Origin: Bacteroidota bacterium
GTDB taxonomy: Bacteria > Bacteroidota > Bacteroidia > Bacteroidales > JAAYUG01
Direction of reading: 5' to 3'
Length of the DNA: 64,000 nucleotides
Assembly (NCBI GenBank): GCA_029571215.1
Contig: JAKPTE010000036.1
Coordinates: 22,302-86,301, forward strand
In this document: positions 19,226-29,249 of the stretch, one piece after another
How positions within the stretch are numbered: the stretch's first letter is position 1
Layout of the letters: each line of letters starts with the position of its first letter
Translations under genes and position numbers: made by a program
The notes under the pieces: generated by a model
Told to the model about the DNA's origin: nothing
Database searches by the model: none
Seen by the model: only the letters and a program-made list of their open reading frames with translations

Positions 19226-19606
19226 TTATTCCTGTATTTTATCCTGCTCTTCTTCATCCGGGTCCTTCAGGGCAGTCTCTGCTGAAGAAGTAATATCCTG
19301 TTCAATATTGGAATAGGATTTTTCTACATCGTTTACCAGATTCTTTTGAATATCCTCTCCAATTTCACGCAGTGGTTGCTGAATATGGGCCTGTACCTGC
19401 CGCTCCACATCATTTTTCAGCTCGGTAATTTCGTCCACAATTCCGCTGGAGGAACGATTCAGCTCTTCCTTGATTTCATCAGCAGCTTTACGGAATTCAT
19501 GCATTCCCTTTGCAATACCGCGCATGATTTCCGGAATGCTTTTTGCACCAAAGAGCATGAGCGCAACCAGCACCACGAGCAATATTTCCCCACCACTCAG
19601 GCCCAT
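19226..19606 (-). CDS. tatA: Twin-arginine translocase TatA/TatE family subunit with a long acidic C-terminal tail
   Basis: The N-terminus MGLSGGEILLVVLVALMLFGAKSIPEIMRGIAKGMHEFRKA is the TatA TM helix plus amphipathic-helix signature. The remaining ~80 aa are rich in E and D. Confidence 0.82.
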   Translation of the reverse strand: MGLSGGEILLVVLVALMLFGAKSIPEIMRGIAKGMHEFRKAADEIKEELNRSSSGIVDEITELKNDVERQVQAHIQQPLREIGEDIQKNLVNDVEKSYSNIEQDITSSAETALKDPDEEEQDKIQE

Positions 19607-19639
19607 AAGACCTTTTCAGATTAATAGCAAAGTTGAATT

Positions 19640-22600
19640 TTATTTCTTCTGCATTTTCTTTTCCCTGCGCTTTTCTTCGATACGAAGGAAATCAAAAGCC
19701 ACAGGAGCTGCAACGAAAACAGAAGAATATGTTCCGACAAAAATACCAATCAGCAAGGCAAATACAAATCCTTTGATAACCACTCCTCCAAAGAGGAAGA
19801 TTATCAGAATAACCAGAAAAGTAGTCATTGAGGTATTGAACGTACGACTCAATGTACTGTTAATAGCTCCGTTAAACACTTCAATGGATTCCCGTTTTGG
19901 ATATAATTTTCGCCATTCCCTGATTCGGTCGTACACAACCACTGTATCGTTAATAGAATACCCCACAACCGTCAGTATTGCTGCTATAAAGGCCTGGTCA
20001 ATTTCCAAACTGAAAGGCATGATGCCATAGAGAAGGGAGTACAATCCCAGAACTATGAGAACGTCATGCAGCAGGGAAACAATTGCTCCCATACCAAAGG
20101 GCCAGTTTCTGAAACGGATGATGATATAGACGGCAATAATTACCAGCACAAACAGAACAGCCCAAATAGCCTGGATGGTGATATCCCGAGCGATGGTTGG
20201 ACCTACCTTTTGCGTATTCATAAGGTAATTCGTGTTCCAAGTCTCAAAGGAAACTGTGTCGCCAATCATAGGTTTAAACCCCTGATAAACGGTATAATTC
20301 ACCAGGCTATCTATTTCGGCTCCCTGCTGATCAATCAGATACTTTGTGGTAACGCGGATCTGATTGGTCTGGCCAATGGTAATTACTTCCGGAGTACCTT
20401 TTAGCACGGGAGTGAGCATTTCCTGGACCTTCAGTGTATTTACAGGTTCTGTGAACCGTACAATAAAACTTCTTCCACCGGTAAAATCAATACCGGTAGC
20501 CAACCCTCTGGTCAGCAAGGAAATGAGGCCTATGGTGATTATTATTCCGGAAACAACGTAAAAGATCTTTCTTTTTTCAAGCCATTTGACTTTGACATTT
20601 TTGAGGAATCCTTTGGAAAAACGGTTGGTAAAACGAACATCCATACCACGGTTCAGGCGCCATTCGTATAATAACCTGACAAGGAAAATAGCGGTGAACA
20701 GGGAGGTGAGGATACCAATAATCAATGTAGTGGCAAACCCGCGGATGGGTCCCGTTCCAAAAACATAAAGAACGATACCACTGAGGAGAGTCGTGACATT
20801 CGAGTCGATAATCGCCGACATAGCCATTTTGTAACCATCGGCTACGGCAAGTTTTGGCCCTTTCCCTGCCGCAATTTCTTCCTTGATGCGTTCATAGATA
20901 AGAACGTTCGCATCAACTGCCGTTCCCATGGTAAGCACAATCCCTGCGATACCAGGCAGGGTAAGCACGGCTCCCAGGGATGCAAGAATACCCATTATGA
21001 AGAAAACATTAAAAATCAGGGCGAAGTCGGCATACAAACCCGCCTGGGCGGTATAGAAAAATATCATGTAAAGAACCACCGCAAGGAAAGCTATGATAAA
21101 TGACTTAATTCCTGCCTGAATGGCTTCTTTCCCGAGTGACGGACCCACAACCGTTTCCTGAATAATCTGTGCCTTGGCGGGTAGTTTTCCCGACTTCAAT
21201 ATATTGGCAAGGTCGTCGGCTTCTTTAATAGTAAAATTACCGGTAATCTGCGAGTGACCTCCGGTAATCGGACCGTTTACACGGGGAGCCGATTGCACTT
21301 TATCATCGAGCACAATAGCAATGCACCGGCCAACATTGTCACTGGTCATCCGGGCCCATATTTTGGCACCTTCAGGGTTCATGCTCATAGCAACCTCGGC
21401 TGAGCTTTGGGTTTGTCCGAATTCACGGCGGGCCGATGTTACCACATCACCTGACAATGGGGCTCTTCCGTCGCGGGTCGAAACCTTGATAGCATGCACT
21501 TCGTAAAGTGTTCCTGAAGGGTCATTTTGCCAGGGCTTCGATGAATACAGAAAACGAACATCCCTGGGAAGCAAAGCCTTTATAGGCTTAAGGTTCAGGT
21601 AGTAATTCAGTTTGCCTGTATCTTTAACATGCACCAAACCTACCATGGATCCTGGCAGGGGAGCATTGTTCCTGTCAATATTGGGACGTAAAACGGCAAA
21701 AAGCGGATTCTGTTTGTTCCAGCTTTCCAGTCCTGAGATGCCTGTATCTGCTGCTGTGGTATCTTTTTCGAGCTTCTCCAGAAGGGAAAGTTCGGTTTTC
21801 TTTTCTTCTGCAGTCTTAGCCGGCTTTTTTGCTGTCTGTTGCAGACTGTCTGAAGCCGCCCGCTCTGCCTGAAGAATTTCCCTCAACCGGTTATTTGCCT
21901 GGATCAGGGAAGGCAATATCTCGGAATTTTCATAGGTTAGCCAGAATTCAAGGTTTGCTGTGCTCTGTAAAATCTTGCGAACACGCTCGGGTTCAGTTAC
22001 CCCCGGCAATTCAACCAATATTCTTCCCTGGGTTTCAAGCCTCTGGATCTTGGGATTAACTACACCAAACTGGTCGATACGGTTTGAAAGAATATTGAAC
22101 GCATTATCAATGGCCGCCTGTGTTTCCGACCGTAATACCTTGATAACATCGGCGTTGGAACTCCTGAAGTTGATTTTGTCTTTCAGTTCAACTGTACTAA
22201 AAATGGCAGCCAGGCTTCCGTTTGGGTCAATCTTCTGAAACTCTTCAGCAAAGAGGGTAATAAAATCAGCCTGGCTCACCCGCTGCCGTTCCTTTGCCTG
22301 CCGGATCGCTTTGTTAAAAGTCGAATCGGTACTGTAATTGGAAAGTGCACGCAGCATGTCCTCCACAGATACCTCGAGAATTACGTTCATACCTCCCTTG
22401 AGGTCGAGACCAAGCTGTATCTCTCTTTCCTTGCAATCAACATAAGTGTATTTAACAACTCCAAGATTATAAACAGGTACAGAAGAAAGCGAATCAAGAT
22501 AATTTCTTTGCCTGACCGGATCTCCCTGTGCATACTCCCTGGCCTGCTTTTCAACTTTGCGGGTAACCAGCGTGAAAGAAAGCTGATAAATACAAACAAG

Positions 22601-22645
22601 AATAAATACGATGGTAAACAGCTGAATAGCTCCTTTATTGCGCAT
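19640..22645 (-). CDS. secDF: Protein translocase subunit SecDF (fused)
   Basis: 1,001 aa. The SecD part has LGLDLKGGM and a large periplasmic domain. The SecF part has GIDFTGG. There are 12 predicted TM segments. Confidence 0.95.
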   Translation of the reverse strand: MRNKGAIQLFTIVFILVCIYQLSFTLVTRKVEKQAREYAQGDPVRQRNYLDSLSSVPVYNLGVVKYTYVDCKEREIQLGLDLKGGMNVILEVSVEDMLRALSNYSTDSTFNKAIRQAKERQRVSQADFITLFAEEFQKIDPNGSLAAIFSTVELKDKINFRSSNADVIKVLRSETQAAIDNAFNILSNRIDQFGVVNPKIQRLETQGRILVELPGVTEPERVRKILQSTANLEFWLTYENSEILPSLIQANNRLREILQAERAASDSLQQTAKKPAKTAEEKKTELSLLEKLEKDTTAADTGISGLESWNKQNPLFAVLRPNIDRNNAPLPGSMVGLVHVKDTGKLNYYLNLKPIKALLPRDVRFLYSSKPWQNDPSGTLYEVHAIKVSTRDGRAPLSGDVVTSARREFGQTQSSAEVAMSMNPEGAKIWARMTSDNVGRCIAIVLDDKVQSAPRVNGPITGGHSQITGNFTIKEADDLANILKSGKLPAKAQIIQETVVGPSLGKEAIQAGIKSFIIAFLAVVLYMIFFYTAQAGLYADFALIFNVFFIMGILASLGAVLTLPGIAGIVLTMGTAVDANVLIYERIKEEIAAGKGPKLAVADGYKMAMSAIIDSNVTTLLSGIVLYVFGTGPIRGFATTLIIGILTSLFTAIFLVRLLYEWRLNRGMDVRFTNRFSKGFLKNVKVKWLEKRKIFYVVSGIIITIGLISLLTRGLATGIDFTGGRSFIVRFTEPVNTLKVQEMLTPVLKGTPEVITIGQTNQIRVTTKYLIDQQGAEIDSLVNYTVYQGFKPMIGDTVSFETWNTNYLMNTQKVGPTIARDITIQAIWAVLFVLVIIAVYIIIRFRNWPFGMGAIVSLLHDVLIVLGLYSLLYGIMPFSLEIDQAFIAAILTVVGYSINDTVVVYDRIREWRKLYPKRESIEVFNGAINSTLSRTFNTSMTTFLVILIIFLFGGVVIKGFVFALLIGIFVGTYSSVFVAAPVAFDFLRIEEKRREKKMQKK

Positions 22646-22696
22646 TTTCGTTAATATTGGTTATTCCTAATATGAATACTTTTTAAACAAGTGCCG

Positions 22697-22704
22697 CAAA
22701 TATA
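22697..22704 (-). promoter_or_regulatory. Candidate -7 promoter box (TAtaTTTG) for the secDF operon
   Basis: The plus strand reads caaatata, 51 nt upstream of the ATG at 22645. Confidence 0.3.
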
Positions 22705-22773
22705 GGAATTATTTTCTGATAGGAATCAGTTCATATTGTCATATAACATGCATAATTCTTTCAGATTTTCCGC

Positions 22774-22781
22774 TACCTTTG
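22774..22781 (+). promoter_or_regulatory. Candidate -7 promoter box (TAccTTTG) for the MORN-repeat lipoprotein gene
   Basis: tacctttg lies 26 nt upstream of the ATG at 22808, inside the longer ORF that starts at 22736. Confidence 0.4.
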
Positions 22782-22807
22782 AGTACAGAGATTTTTACCC
22801 GATTGCT

Positions 22808-23629
22808 ATGCGTCATTTCATTATTCTTATCCTTTTTGCGTTATTGATCTCTTCATGTAAAAATTCCGTGCTCCTGGGGAACAGAGACCAGGAAACAGAT
22901 ACCATTGCCAATACAGGCGACACGATCCTGAGCAGGACGTATTATGAAAAAGGAGTACTAAAATCAGTAAGCCAAATGAAAAACGGACAGAGAAACGGGC
23001 TTACAAGAAATTATTATCAGAACGGAGCTCTGCTTTCAGAAATTTATTATACAAATGGGCTTCGAAACGGTATAGCTGTGGATTATTATAGAGAAGGGGG
23101 CGTTCATGCCCGCATACCATACAGGAATGATTTAAAAGAAGGAGATGCAGTCTGGTATTATCCTTCCGGAAAACCATACAGAATTACTCCTTACCGTAAG
23201 GATGTTATTGATGGAATCCAGCGCTTCTACTACAAATCTGGTCAGCTTCAGGCTGAAGTACCATGGAAAAATGGCCAACGGGGAGCGGGATTAAAAGAGT
23301 TTACCGAAAGCGGCAGGCTTATCAATGAACCGTCCATCATCGTGAAGCCTGAACGATTGAGCGACATACTCATTCTTCATCTCAGCCTATCAGACGGCAG
23401 CAGAAAGGTAACCTTTTATCAGGGACAACTAACTGAAGGAAAATACCTAAACCATAATCTCAGGCAATTAAAAACAGTCGACGGAAAAAGTACCATTCAG
23501 GTACTCCTTTCGGAGACAGAAGCCCCTATAGCGGAATTTCATATTGTGGCAATTAAAGAAACCTCATTACGAAACCAGCAGATTCTTTACAAAACATATC
23601 GATATTCTCTGACAAGCAGCAGCGACTGA
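22808..23629 (+). CDS. MORN-repeat-variant (YwqK-like) lipoprotein
   Basis: Lipoprotein signal MRHFIILILFALLISSCKN. Repeated units of NG.RNG....YY.NG (NGQRNGLTRNYYQNGALLSEIYYTNGLRNGIAVDYY...). Confidence 0.72.
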   Translation: MRHFIILILFALLISSCKNSVLLGNRDQETDTIANTGDTILSRTYYEKGVLKSVSQMKNGQRNGLTRNYYQNGALLSEIYYTNGLRNGIAVDYYREGGVHARIPYRNDLKEGDAVWYYPSGKPYRITPYRKDVIDGIQRFYYKSGQLQAEVPWKNGQRGAGLKEFTESGRLINEPSIIVKPERLSDILILHLSLSDGSRKVTFYQGQLTEGKYLNHNLRQLKTVDGKSTIQVLLSETEAPIAEFHIVAIKETSLRNQQILYKTYRYSLTSSSD

Positions 23630-23683
23630 TTTACGCGAAAAATCCGTGGTTTTCTTTAGTTCAAAAAATTCGAAAACTACAGC

Positions 23684-23880
23684 ACATAGAGTAAACACAA
23701 AGAAATTCAGTACAATTCTGTGAGCCTCTGTGACACTCTATGTCCTCTATGGTGAGACATGCTCTAAGCCAGCAAGTCAGGCTCTGCTAGGAGTCAATAT
23801 TGAACCACCAAATTAAAAAAACACAGAGTTAACAGAGTAAGAATTGAGTAAATATGGTAAAATCTATGGACATCTGTAGT
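23684..23880. repeat. Degenerate inverted CTCTGTG/CTCTATG motif cluster in a 359-bp intergenic region
   Basis: The left arm (23718-23752) reads ctgtgagcctctgtgacactctatgtcctctatgg. The right arm (23821-23870) carries the complementary motifs cacagagttaacagag...atctatgg. The repeats are imperfect. Confidence 0.35.
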
Positions 23881-23988
23881 AAGTTAAATGCAAAAAACGG
23901 AACGTTAAGAAGCTCAACAATGAACAAATTACTGGTAATAATGAAAAAAATAGTAAGTTTAGCACGATGATAATAAGGATGTCGAAGT

Positions 23989-25188
23989 ATGAATATTCAT
24001 GAGTATCAGGCAAAACAGATTTTAAGGAAGCACGGCGTCCGCGTACCGGAAGGTCGGCTTATTACCAGAGCACAGGATGCGCAGGAAGCCGCCCGGGAGA
24101 TTGCATCCGCCACGGGTACCGATACGTGGGCAGTTAAAGCTCAGATTCATGCAGGAGGAAGAGGGAAAGGAGGAGGCGTTAAAATTGCCCATTCACCTGA
24201 AGAAGCAGAACATCATGCAAGTTCCATTCTTGGAATGCGTCTGGTTACCCATCAGACCCGGCCGGAGGGGAAACTGGTCAGAAAAGTTTTGGTGGAACAG
24301 GGAATTTATTATCCGGGAGCAGAACCGGTAAAAGAATATTATATGAGTATTCTATTGAACCGGGCTAGCGGAAAGAACATTCTGATCTATTCTCCAGAAG
24401 GAGGTATGGATATTGAAAGTGTAGCTGCGCAGACCCCGCATCTGATATTTCGTGAAGAAATAGATCCTGTTACCGGATTATGCGATTTTCAGGCAAGAAA
24501 AATTGCTTTTACGCTGGGCCTTGATGGCAATGCCCACCGCGAAATGCAGGCTTTCGCAAAAGCCCTGTATTCTGCCTATATTCAGTCTGATGCAACGCTC
24601 ACCGAAATCAATCCCGTTGTAAAAACATCCGACGGGAAAATCTATGCTGCCGACGCAAAGATCAATCTGGACGACAACGCACTTTTCCGGCATCCTGAAT
24701 ATACCGAAATGCGTGATCCTGAAGAAGAAGACCCTTCTGAACTGGAAGCCTCGGCCTATGGGCTCAATTTTGTCAAACTTGACGGAAATGTTGGCTGCAT
24801 GGTAAACGGGGCCGGCCTTGCTATGGCTACAATGGATATGATCAAACTTTCGGGAGGAGAACCAGCCAATTTTCTGGATGTAGGCGGAACAGCAAGTGCA
24901 CAAACTGTGGAAGCCGGTTTCCGCATTATTCTGAAAGATCCCAACGTAAAAGTGATTCTCATAAACATCTTTGGAGGCATTGTTCGCTGCGACCGTGTAG
25001 CCCAGGGAGTTGTAGATGCCTACAGGAGTATCGGCAATATCTCCGTACCGGTTATTCTCCGTCTGCAGGGCACCAACGCACAGGAAGCCAAAGAATTAAT
25101 TGACAATTCCGGCTTAAAGGTTTACCCGGCTACTACACTGGAAGAAGCCGCAAAACTGGTAAGAGAAAAAATAAACGACAAACAGTAA
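23989..25188 (+). CDS. sucC: Succinate--CoA ligase (ADP-forming) beta subunit
   Basis: MNIHEYQAKQILRKHGV, the ATP-grasp region, and the C-terminal ligase-CoA domain (NIFGGIVRCD). Confidence 0.97.
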   Translation: MNIHEYQAKQILRKHGVRVPEGRLITRAQDAQEAAREIASATGTDTWAVKAQIHAGGRGKGGGVKIAHSPEEAEHHASSILGMRLVTHQTRPEGKLVRKVLVEQGIYYPGAEPVKEYYMSILLNRASGKNILIYSPEGGMDIESVAAQTPHLIFREEIDPVTGLCDFQARKIAFTLGLDGNAHREMQAFAKALYSAYIQSDATLTEINPVVKTSDGKIYAADAKINLDDNALFRHPEYTEMRDPEEEDPSELEASAYGLNFVKLDGNVGCMVNGAGLAMATMDMIKLSGGEPANFLDVGGTASAQTVEAGFRIILKDPNVKVILINIFGGIVRCDRVAQGVVDAYRSIGNISVPVILRLQGTNAQEAKELIDNSGLKVYPATTLEEAAKLVREKINDKQ

Positions 25189-25273
25189 AAAATTCTTGGA
25201 TTTCGAAAACAGAAGCATTTTTAACTGCCGAGCTGGAAATATAAATCCAATAAGATGGTTTTCATTATTCTTT

Positions 25274-25783
25274 TCAACGCCCTTTAAATGTCAGCGGCGG
25301 CGAAACGCCCGTATTACTTCTGTGAAGGGCAAAATCATAAAGGTAGAAAGTAAAACGAAAGGTATCAGGGTAAACATAATGGGAACCCAAAATGGGAACC
25401 AGCATCAGTTCTATATCACCAAACATGGTTTTGTTCTGCCCCTGGGGCTGCGGAACATCTTCCACACGCAGATTCCAGTAACTGTAATCCGCCATGGGAA
25501 CCCGTACATAACCCGTATCAACCTTCTGCTCAAAGGTGAAGAACACGTTAAAATAATAAATACTGCCTGTATCGAAGGGCGGGTCCATATATCCCGCAGG
25601 AATACCGAAATCGCCGTCACCATCAATAAATGAGATAACAAGTGTGGTATCTTTATACCTGAACTCTTTGAACTTCACCTCCGGAACATCCGGATAACTT
25701 TTGATATCCTTGCAGGAAACCAATATGGCAGCTGCTGACAATAGGAAAAGACCCGGATAAAGTAAAGATTTCAAGCCCCTCAT
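25274..25783 (-). CDS. Hypothetical lipoprotein
   Basis: 169-aa ORF with lipobox LLSAAAILVSC. It lies 38 nt downstream of der on the same strand. I recognise no family. Confidence 0.6.
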   Translation of the reverse strand: MRGLKSLLYPGLFLLSAAAILVSCKDIKSYPDVPEVKFKEFRYKDTTLVISFIDGDGDFGIPAGYMDPPFDTGSIYYFNVFFTFEQKVDTGYVRVPMADYSYWNLRVEDVPQPQGQNKTMFGDIELMLVPILGSHYVYPDTFRFTFYLYDFALHRSNTGVSPPLTFKGR

Positions 25784-25821
25784 ACAACAAAGGTAGGATT
25801 TCTACAGGAAATTTTCCATGT

Positions 25822-27132
25822 TTATTTCTGACGGAAGAAAATTTCAACCGGCACTCCGGTAAAAACGAAATGTTCCCTTATTTTATTCTCAAGGTACCGT
25901 TTGTAAGGCTCTTTAATATATTGGGGCAGATTGCAGAAAAAGGCAAAGGCGGGCGTAGGGGTCGGCAGCTGAGCCACATATTTGATTTTAATATACTTTC
26001 CTTTTACAGAAGGGGGTGGGTAGGCACCGATGGCTTCGAGCATTACTTCATTCAGCCGAGAAGCGGGAATTTTTCTCTGACGGTTGGAATAAACTTCCAT
26101 AACCGATTCCAGTGTTTTATGGATACGCTGTTTCTGAAGAACAGAGGTAAAAATGATGGGTACATCAGTAAAAGGTGCAATGCGGTTCCGGATGTAGCCG
26201 GAAAATTCCTTTGCTGTATTGGAATTTTTTTCAATCAGGTCCCATTTATTGACTGCAATTACAATACCTTTCTTGTTTCTGACAGCCAGATGGAATATAT
26301 TGAGGTCCTGGCTTTCCATACCCCGGGTAGCATCAATCAGAAGAAGGCACACATCGGAGTGTTCAATGGCACGTATAGCGCGCATAACGGAATAGAATTC
26401 GAGATCTTCGCTTACACGGCTCTTCTTCCGTAAACCAGCTGTATCAATCAGGTAAAAATCATGATGGAATTTCCGGTACCTTGTATAAATAGAATCCCGT
26501 GTAGTTCCGGGCAAAGGTGTAACAATGTTTCTTTCCTCCCCTAGCAGGGCATTAACCAGAGAGGATTTCCCCACATTCGGCCTTCCCACGACAGCAATGC
26601 GGGGAATGGCAGGTTCTGTTTCAGCTTCCTTTTCTGTTTGGCTAAACGAACGTACCAAAACGTCAAGCAAGTCGCCTGTACCGCTGCCATTGGCGGAGGA
26701 AATGGTAAAGGGTTGGCCGAGACCGAGGGCAAAAAATTCGCCTGCGGCAGTTGCCAGACCGGGATGATCAACCTTGTTAACCACCAGCAAAACCGTTTTC
26801 CCCGATTGCCGGAGCACCTGAGCTACTTCCTGATCAAGGGGGGTTAGTCCATCACGTACATCGGTAAGAAACAGAATCACATCAGCCTCTTCAATTGCAA
26901 TAGCTACCTGCTTCCTGATCTCTTCCTCAAAAATGTCGTCCGACCCGACTACATATCCGCCCGTATCAATCACTGAAAACTCAATTCCGTTCCACAAAGC
27001 TTTTCCATAAATACGGTCACGGGTCACCCCAGCCTGCTCATCCACAATGGCAAGATTTGTCTCGGTAAGACGATTGAACAGGGTTGATTTCCCTACATTA
27101 GGACGCCCCACTATGGCAACTATAGCTCCCAT
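25822..27132 (-). CDS. der: Ribosome biogenesis GTPase Der (EngA)
   Basis: Two tandem GTPase domains (GRPNVGKST twice, DTGG/DTAG, NKVD/NKWD) plus a KH-like C-terminus. Confidence 0.97.
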   Translation of the reverse strand: MGAIVAIVGRPNVGKSTLFNRLTETNLAIVDEQAGVTRDRIYGKALWNGIEFSVIDTGGYVVGSDDIFEEEIRKQVAIAIEEADVILFLTDVRDGLTPLDQEVAQVLRQSGKTVLLVVNKVDHPGLATAAGEFFALGLGQPFTISSANGSGTGDLLDVLVRSFSQTEKEAETEPAIPRIAVVGRPNVGKSSLVNALLGEERNIVTPLPGTTRDSIYTRYRKFHHDFYLIDTAGLRKKSRVSEDLEFYSVMRAIRAIEHSDVCLLLIDATRGMESQDLNIFHLAVRNKKGIVIAVNKWDLIEKNSNTAKEFSGYIRNRIAPFTDVPIIFTSVLQKQRIHKTLESVMEVYSNRQRKIPASRLNEVMLEAIGAYPPPSVKGKYIKIKYVAQLPTPTPAFAFFCNLPQYIKEPYKRYLENKIREHFVFTGVPVEIFFRQK

Positions 27133-27147
27133 TCTCTTCAGTGCTTT

Positions 27148-28044
27148 TCAAAGTTCGTATCCAAAATTTCTCAAACTGGAAGGCTTATCACGCCAGTTTT
27201 CTCTGACTTTCACAAATAATTCGAGGTAAACCTTTTTCCCGAGAAAGGATTCTATTTCCTCCCGGGCCTGTATCCCGATCCTCTTAAGGGCTTCCCCTTT
27301 TTTGCCGATCAGAATACCTTTCTGAGAATCACGCATCACATAAATAACAGCATTGATACGAACAAGACTTTCCTCTTCCCTGAAGGATTCAATCTCGACA
27401 TGCGTTGAATAAGGGATTTCCTCTGCATAATGCAGAAATATCTTTTCACGGATGATCTCTTCCACAAAAAAGCGTTCGGTCTTGTCGCTGAGTTGTCCCT
27501 GCGGAAAGAAAGGAGGATGCTCGGGAAGCAACGTAATAATTCGGTCGATGATGCCTGCCAGATTTGGCTGATGGATGGCTGATATGGCCATTACTTCAGC
27601 TCTCGGGATTTCCTTTTGCCAGAGATCAACAAGTGCTGCCACCGCATTCTGATCGGCAAGATCTATCTTATTAATGAGCAACAGGACGGGAACGGAAATT
27701 TCATTGATTTTACGGATAATTTCCGGATTTTTATCATGTTTTTCCACTACATCAGTCATGTAAATCAGCACGTCGGCATCCTCGAGGGCTGATTCCACAG
27801 CCTTCATCATGGCTTCATGCATTTTATAGTGAGGTTTGAGAATACCCGGCGTGTCTGAAAAAACAATCTGATAATCAGGACCGTCAAGAATACCCAGAAT
27901 TCTGTGCCGGGTGGTCTGTGCTTTCGGAGTCACAATCGAAAGTTTTTCGCCCAGCAGGGAATTCATGAGAGTGGACTTCCCTACATTGGGATTCCCGATA
28001 ATGTTAACAAATCCGGCTTTAAATACTTTTTTATTACTTTCCAT
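27148..28044 (-). CDS. era: GTPase Era
   Basis: G1 GNPNVGKST, DTPG, NKID, and a C-terminal KH domain (GKKGEALKRIG). Confidence 0.97.
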   Translation of the reverse strand: MESNKKVFKAGFVNIIGNPNVGKSTLMNSLLGEKLSIVTPKAQTTRHRILGILDGPDYQIVFSDTPGILKPHYKMHEAMMKAVESALEDADVLIYMTDVVEKHDKNPEIIRKINEISVPVLLLINKIDLADQNAVAALVDLWQKEIPRAEVMAISAIHQPNLAGIIDRIITLLPEHPPFFPQGQLSDKTERFFVEEIIREKIFLHYAEEIPYSTHVEIESFREEESLVRINAVIYVMRDSQKGILIGKKGEALKRIGIQAREEIESFLGKKVYLELFVKVRENWRDKPSSLRNFGYEL

Positions 28045-28136
28045 AAAGAAGAGAAATGTTCAATCGTTGATATACAGAAACAGGCATCCGGGAAATCAGG
28101 CTTTTGAGGTTCGTGCTCTGCTGTTCAAACAAACTA

Positions 28137-29033
28137 CTACTCAAAGGCTCCCATTTTCAGCATTTTGATTTCTTTGTCGGTAAGAAATCTCCAGTGGCCC
28201 CTGGGAAGACCTTTTTTTGTAAGTCCTGCAAAATAAACCCGGTCGAGTTTTTTGACCCGATAACCGAGGTGTTCAAATATACGGCGTACAATTCGGTTTC
28301 GCCCCGAATGTATTTCTATGCCAACCTGGGTTTTGTCTTCCTCATCCACCCAACTAAGCGCATCGGGCCGAATGGGACCATCGTCCAGTTCAATCCCTCC
28401 GGCAATTTTGCGAAAATCCTCATTTTTCAGTTTTTTGTCGAGGAAAACATGGTACACTTTCTTCTTGTTGAACTTTGGATGGGTCAGTTTTTTTGCCAGC
28501 TCCCCGTCATTGGTCAGCAGTAGCACTCCTGTTGTAGAGCGATCCAAACGACCTACCGGATAAATACGTTCTTTACAGGCATTTTTTACCAGGTCCATCA
28601 CAGTTTTTTTAGCGTAGGGGTCTTCCGTAGTGGTGGTATAATCCTTTGGTTTATTCAGAAGGACATAGACTTTCCTTTCTTCATGGAGCCTTTGTCCGTT
28701 GTACCGAACCTCATCTCCCGGCAGAACCCTGGTACCGAGTTCGGTGACAAGCTTACCGTTAATTGTAATAAGTCCCTGACGAATCAGTTCATCCGCTTCG
28801 CGCCTGGAACAAAGGCCGGTCTGAGCAATGAACCTGTTCAGCCTGATACCGGATTGACTGGATAGTCCTTCCACTCCGGCCACATCAGCCTTTGCCTTCT
28901 TTCTGATCCCTGAACGCGATAAACCTGCCGTTTTCGGTCCGGAAGAAGATCTTCGTAAAGTTTTTTGGGGAGAACCGGAATGTGAAGATACTTTATTCGC
29001 CGAGGCCCTCCCGGGTGTCGAACGTCTTTGCAT
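28137..29033 (-). CDS. RluB/RsuA-family pseudouridine synthase with a basic N-terminal extension
   Basis: S4 domain (RLNRFIAQTGLCSRREADELI) and catalytic motif GRLDRSTTGVLLLTNDG. The first ~60 aa are rich in R, K and S. Confidence 0.9.
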   Translation of the reverse strand: MQRRSTPGRASANKVSSHSGSPQKTLRRSSSGPKTAGLSRSGIRKKAKADVAGVEGLSSQSGIRLNRFIAQTGLCSRREADELIRQGLITINGKLVTELGTRVLPGDEVRYNGQRLHEERKVYVLLNKPKDYTTTTEDPYAKKTVMDLVKNACKERIYPVGRLDRSTTGVLLLTNDGELAKKLTHPKFNKKKVYHVFLDKKLKNEDFRKIAGGIELDDGPIRPDALSWVDEEDKTQVGIEIHSGRNRIVRRIFEHLGYRVKKLDRVYFAGLTKKGLPRGHWRFLTDKEIKMLKMGAFE

Positions 29034-29053
29034 ATTAAATGAATTAGGAAGTG

Positions 29054-29061
29054 CAAAGGTA
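29054..29061 (-). promoter_or_regulatory. Candidate -7 promoter box (TAccTTTG) for the pseudouridine synthase gene
   Basis: The plus strand reads caaaggta, 20 nt upstream of the ATG at 29033. Confidence 0.4.
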
Positions 29062-29180
29062 GTTAAATTAATTTAATCTCTTTTTTTTATTTACCCTCGA
29101 TCAGCAGGTTCATTCTGCCCTCAGCCCGATTTCTTTGCCCCTCGAAGGACGATTGGTGTATCAAAGAGAACAAAAAAAGG

Positions 29181-29212
29181 AACACGTAACACGTAACACG
29201 AAACACGAAACA
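29181..29212. repeat. Heptanucleotide tandem repeat (AACACGT x2, AACACGA x2, then AACA)
   Basis: Read directly: aacacgt aacacgt aacacga aacacga aaca. It sits immediately upstream of the prfA -7 box. Confidence 0.9.
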
Positions 29213-29219
29213 ATTGTAT

Positions 29220-29227
29220 TACCTTTG
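29220..29227 (+). promoter_or_regulatory. Candidate -7 promoter box (TAccTTTG) for the prfA operon
   Basis: tacctttg lies 22 nt upstream of the ATG at 29250. Confidence 0.45.
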
Positions 29228-29249
29228 CATTCCAAAATATATTTTTACC

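Noticed and set aside
23989-25188. sucC without an adjacent sucD.
   Set aside because: Unlinked sucC and sucD genes are, to my knowledge, common in Bacteroidota. The downstream plus-strand ORF (25196-25633) is antisense to a lipoprotein gene and is not SucD-like.
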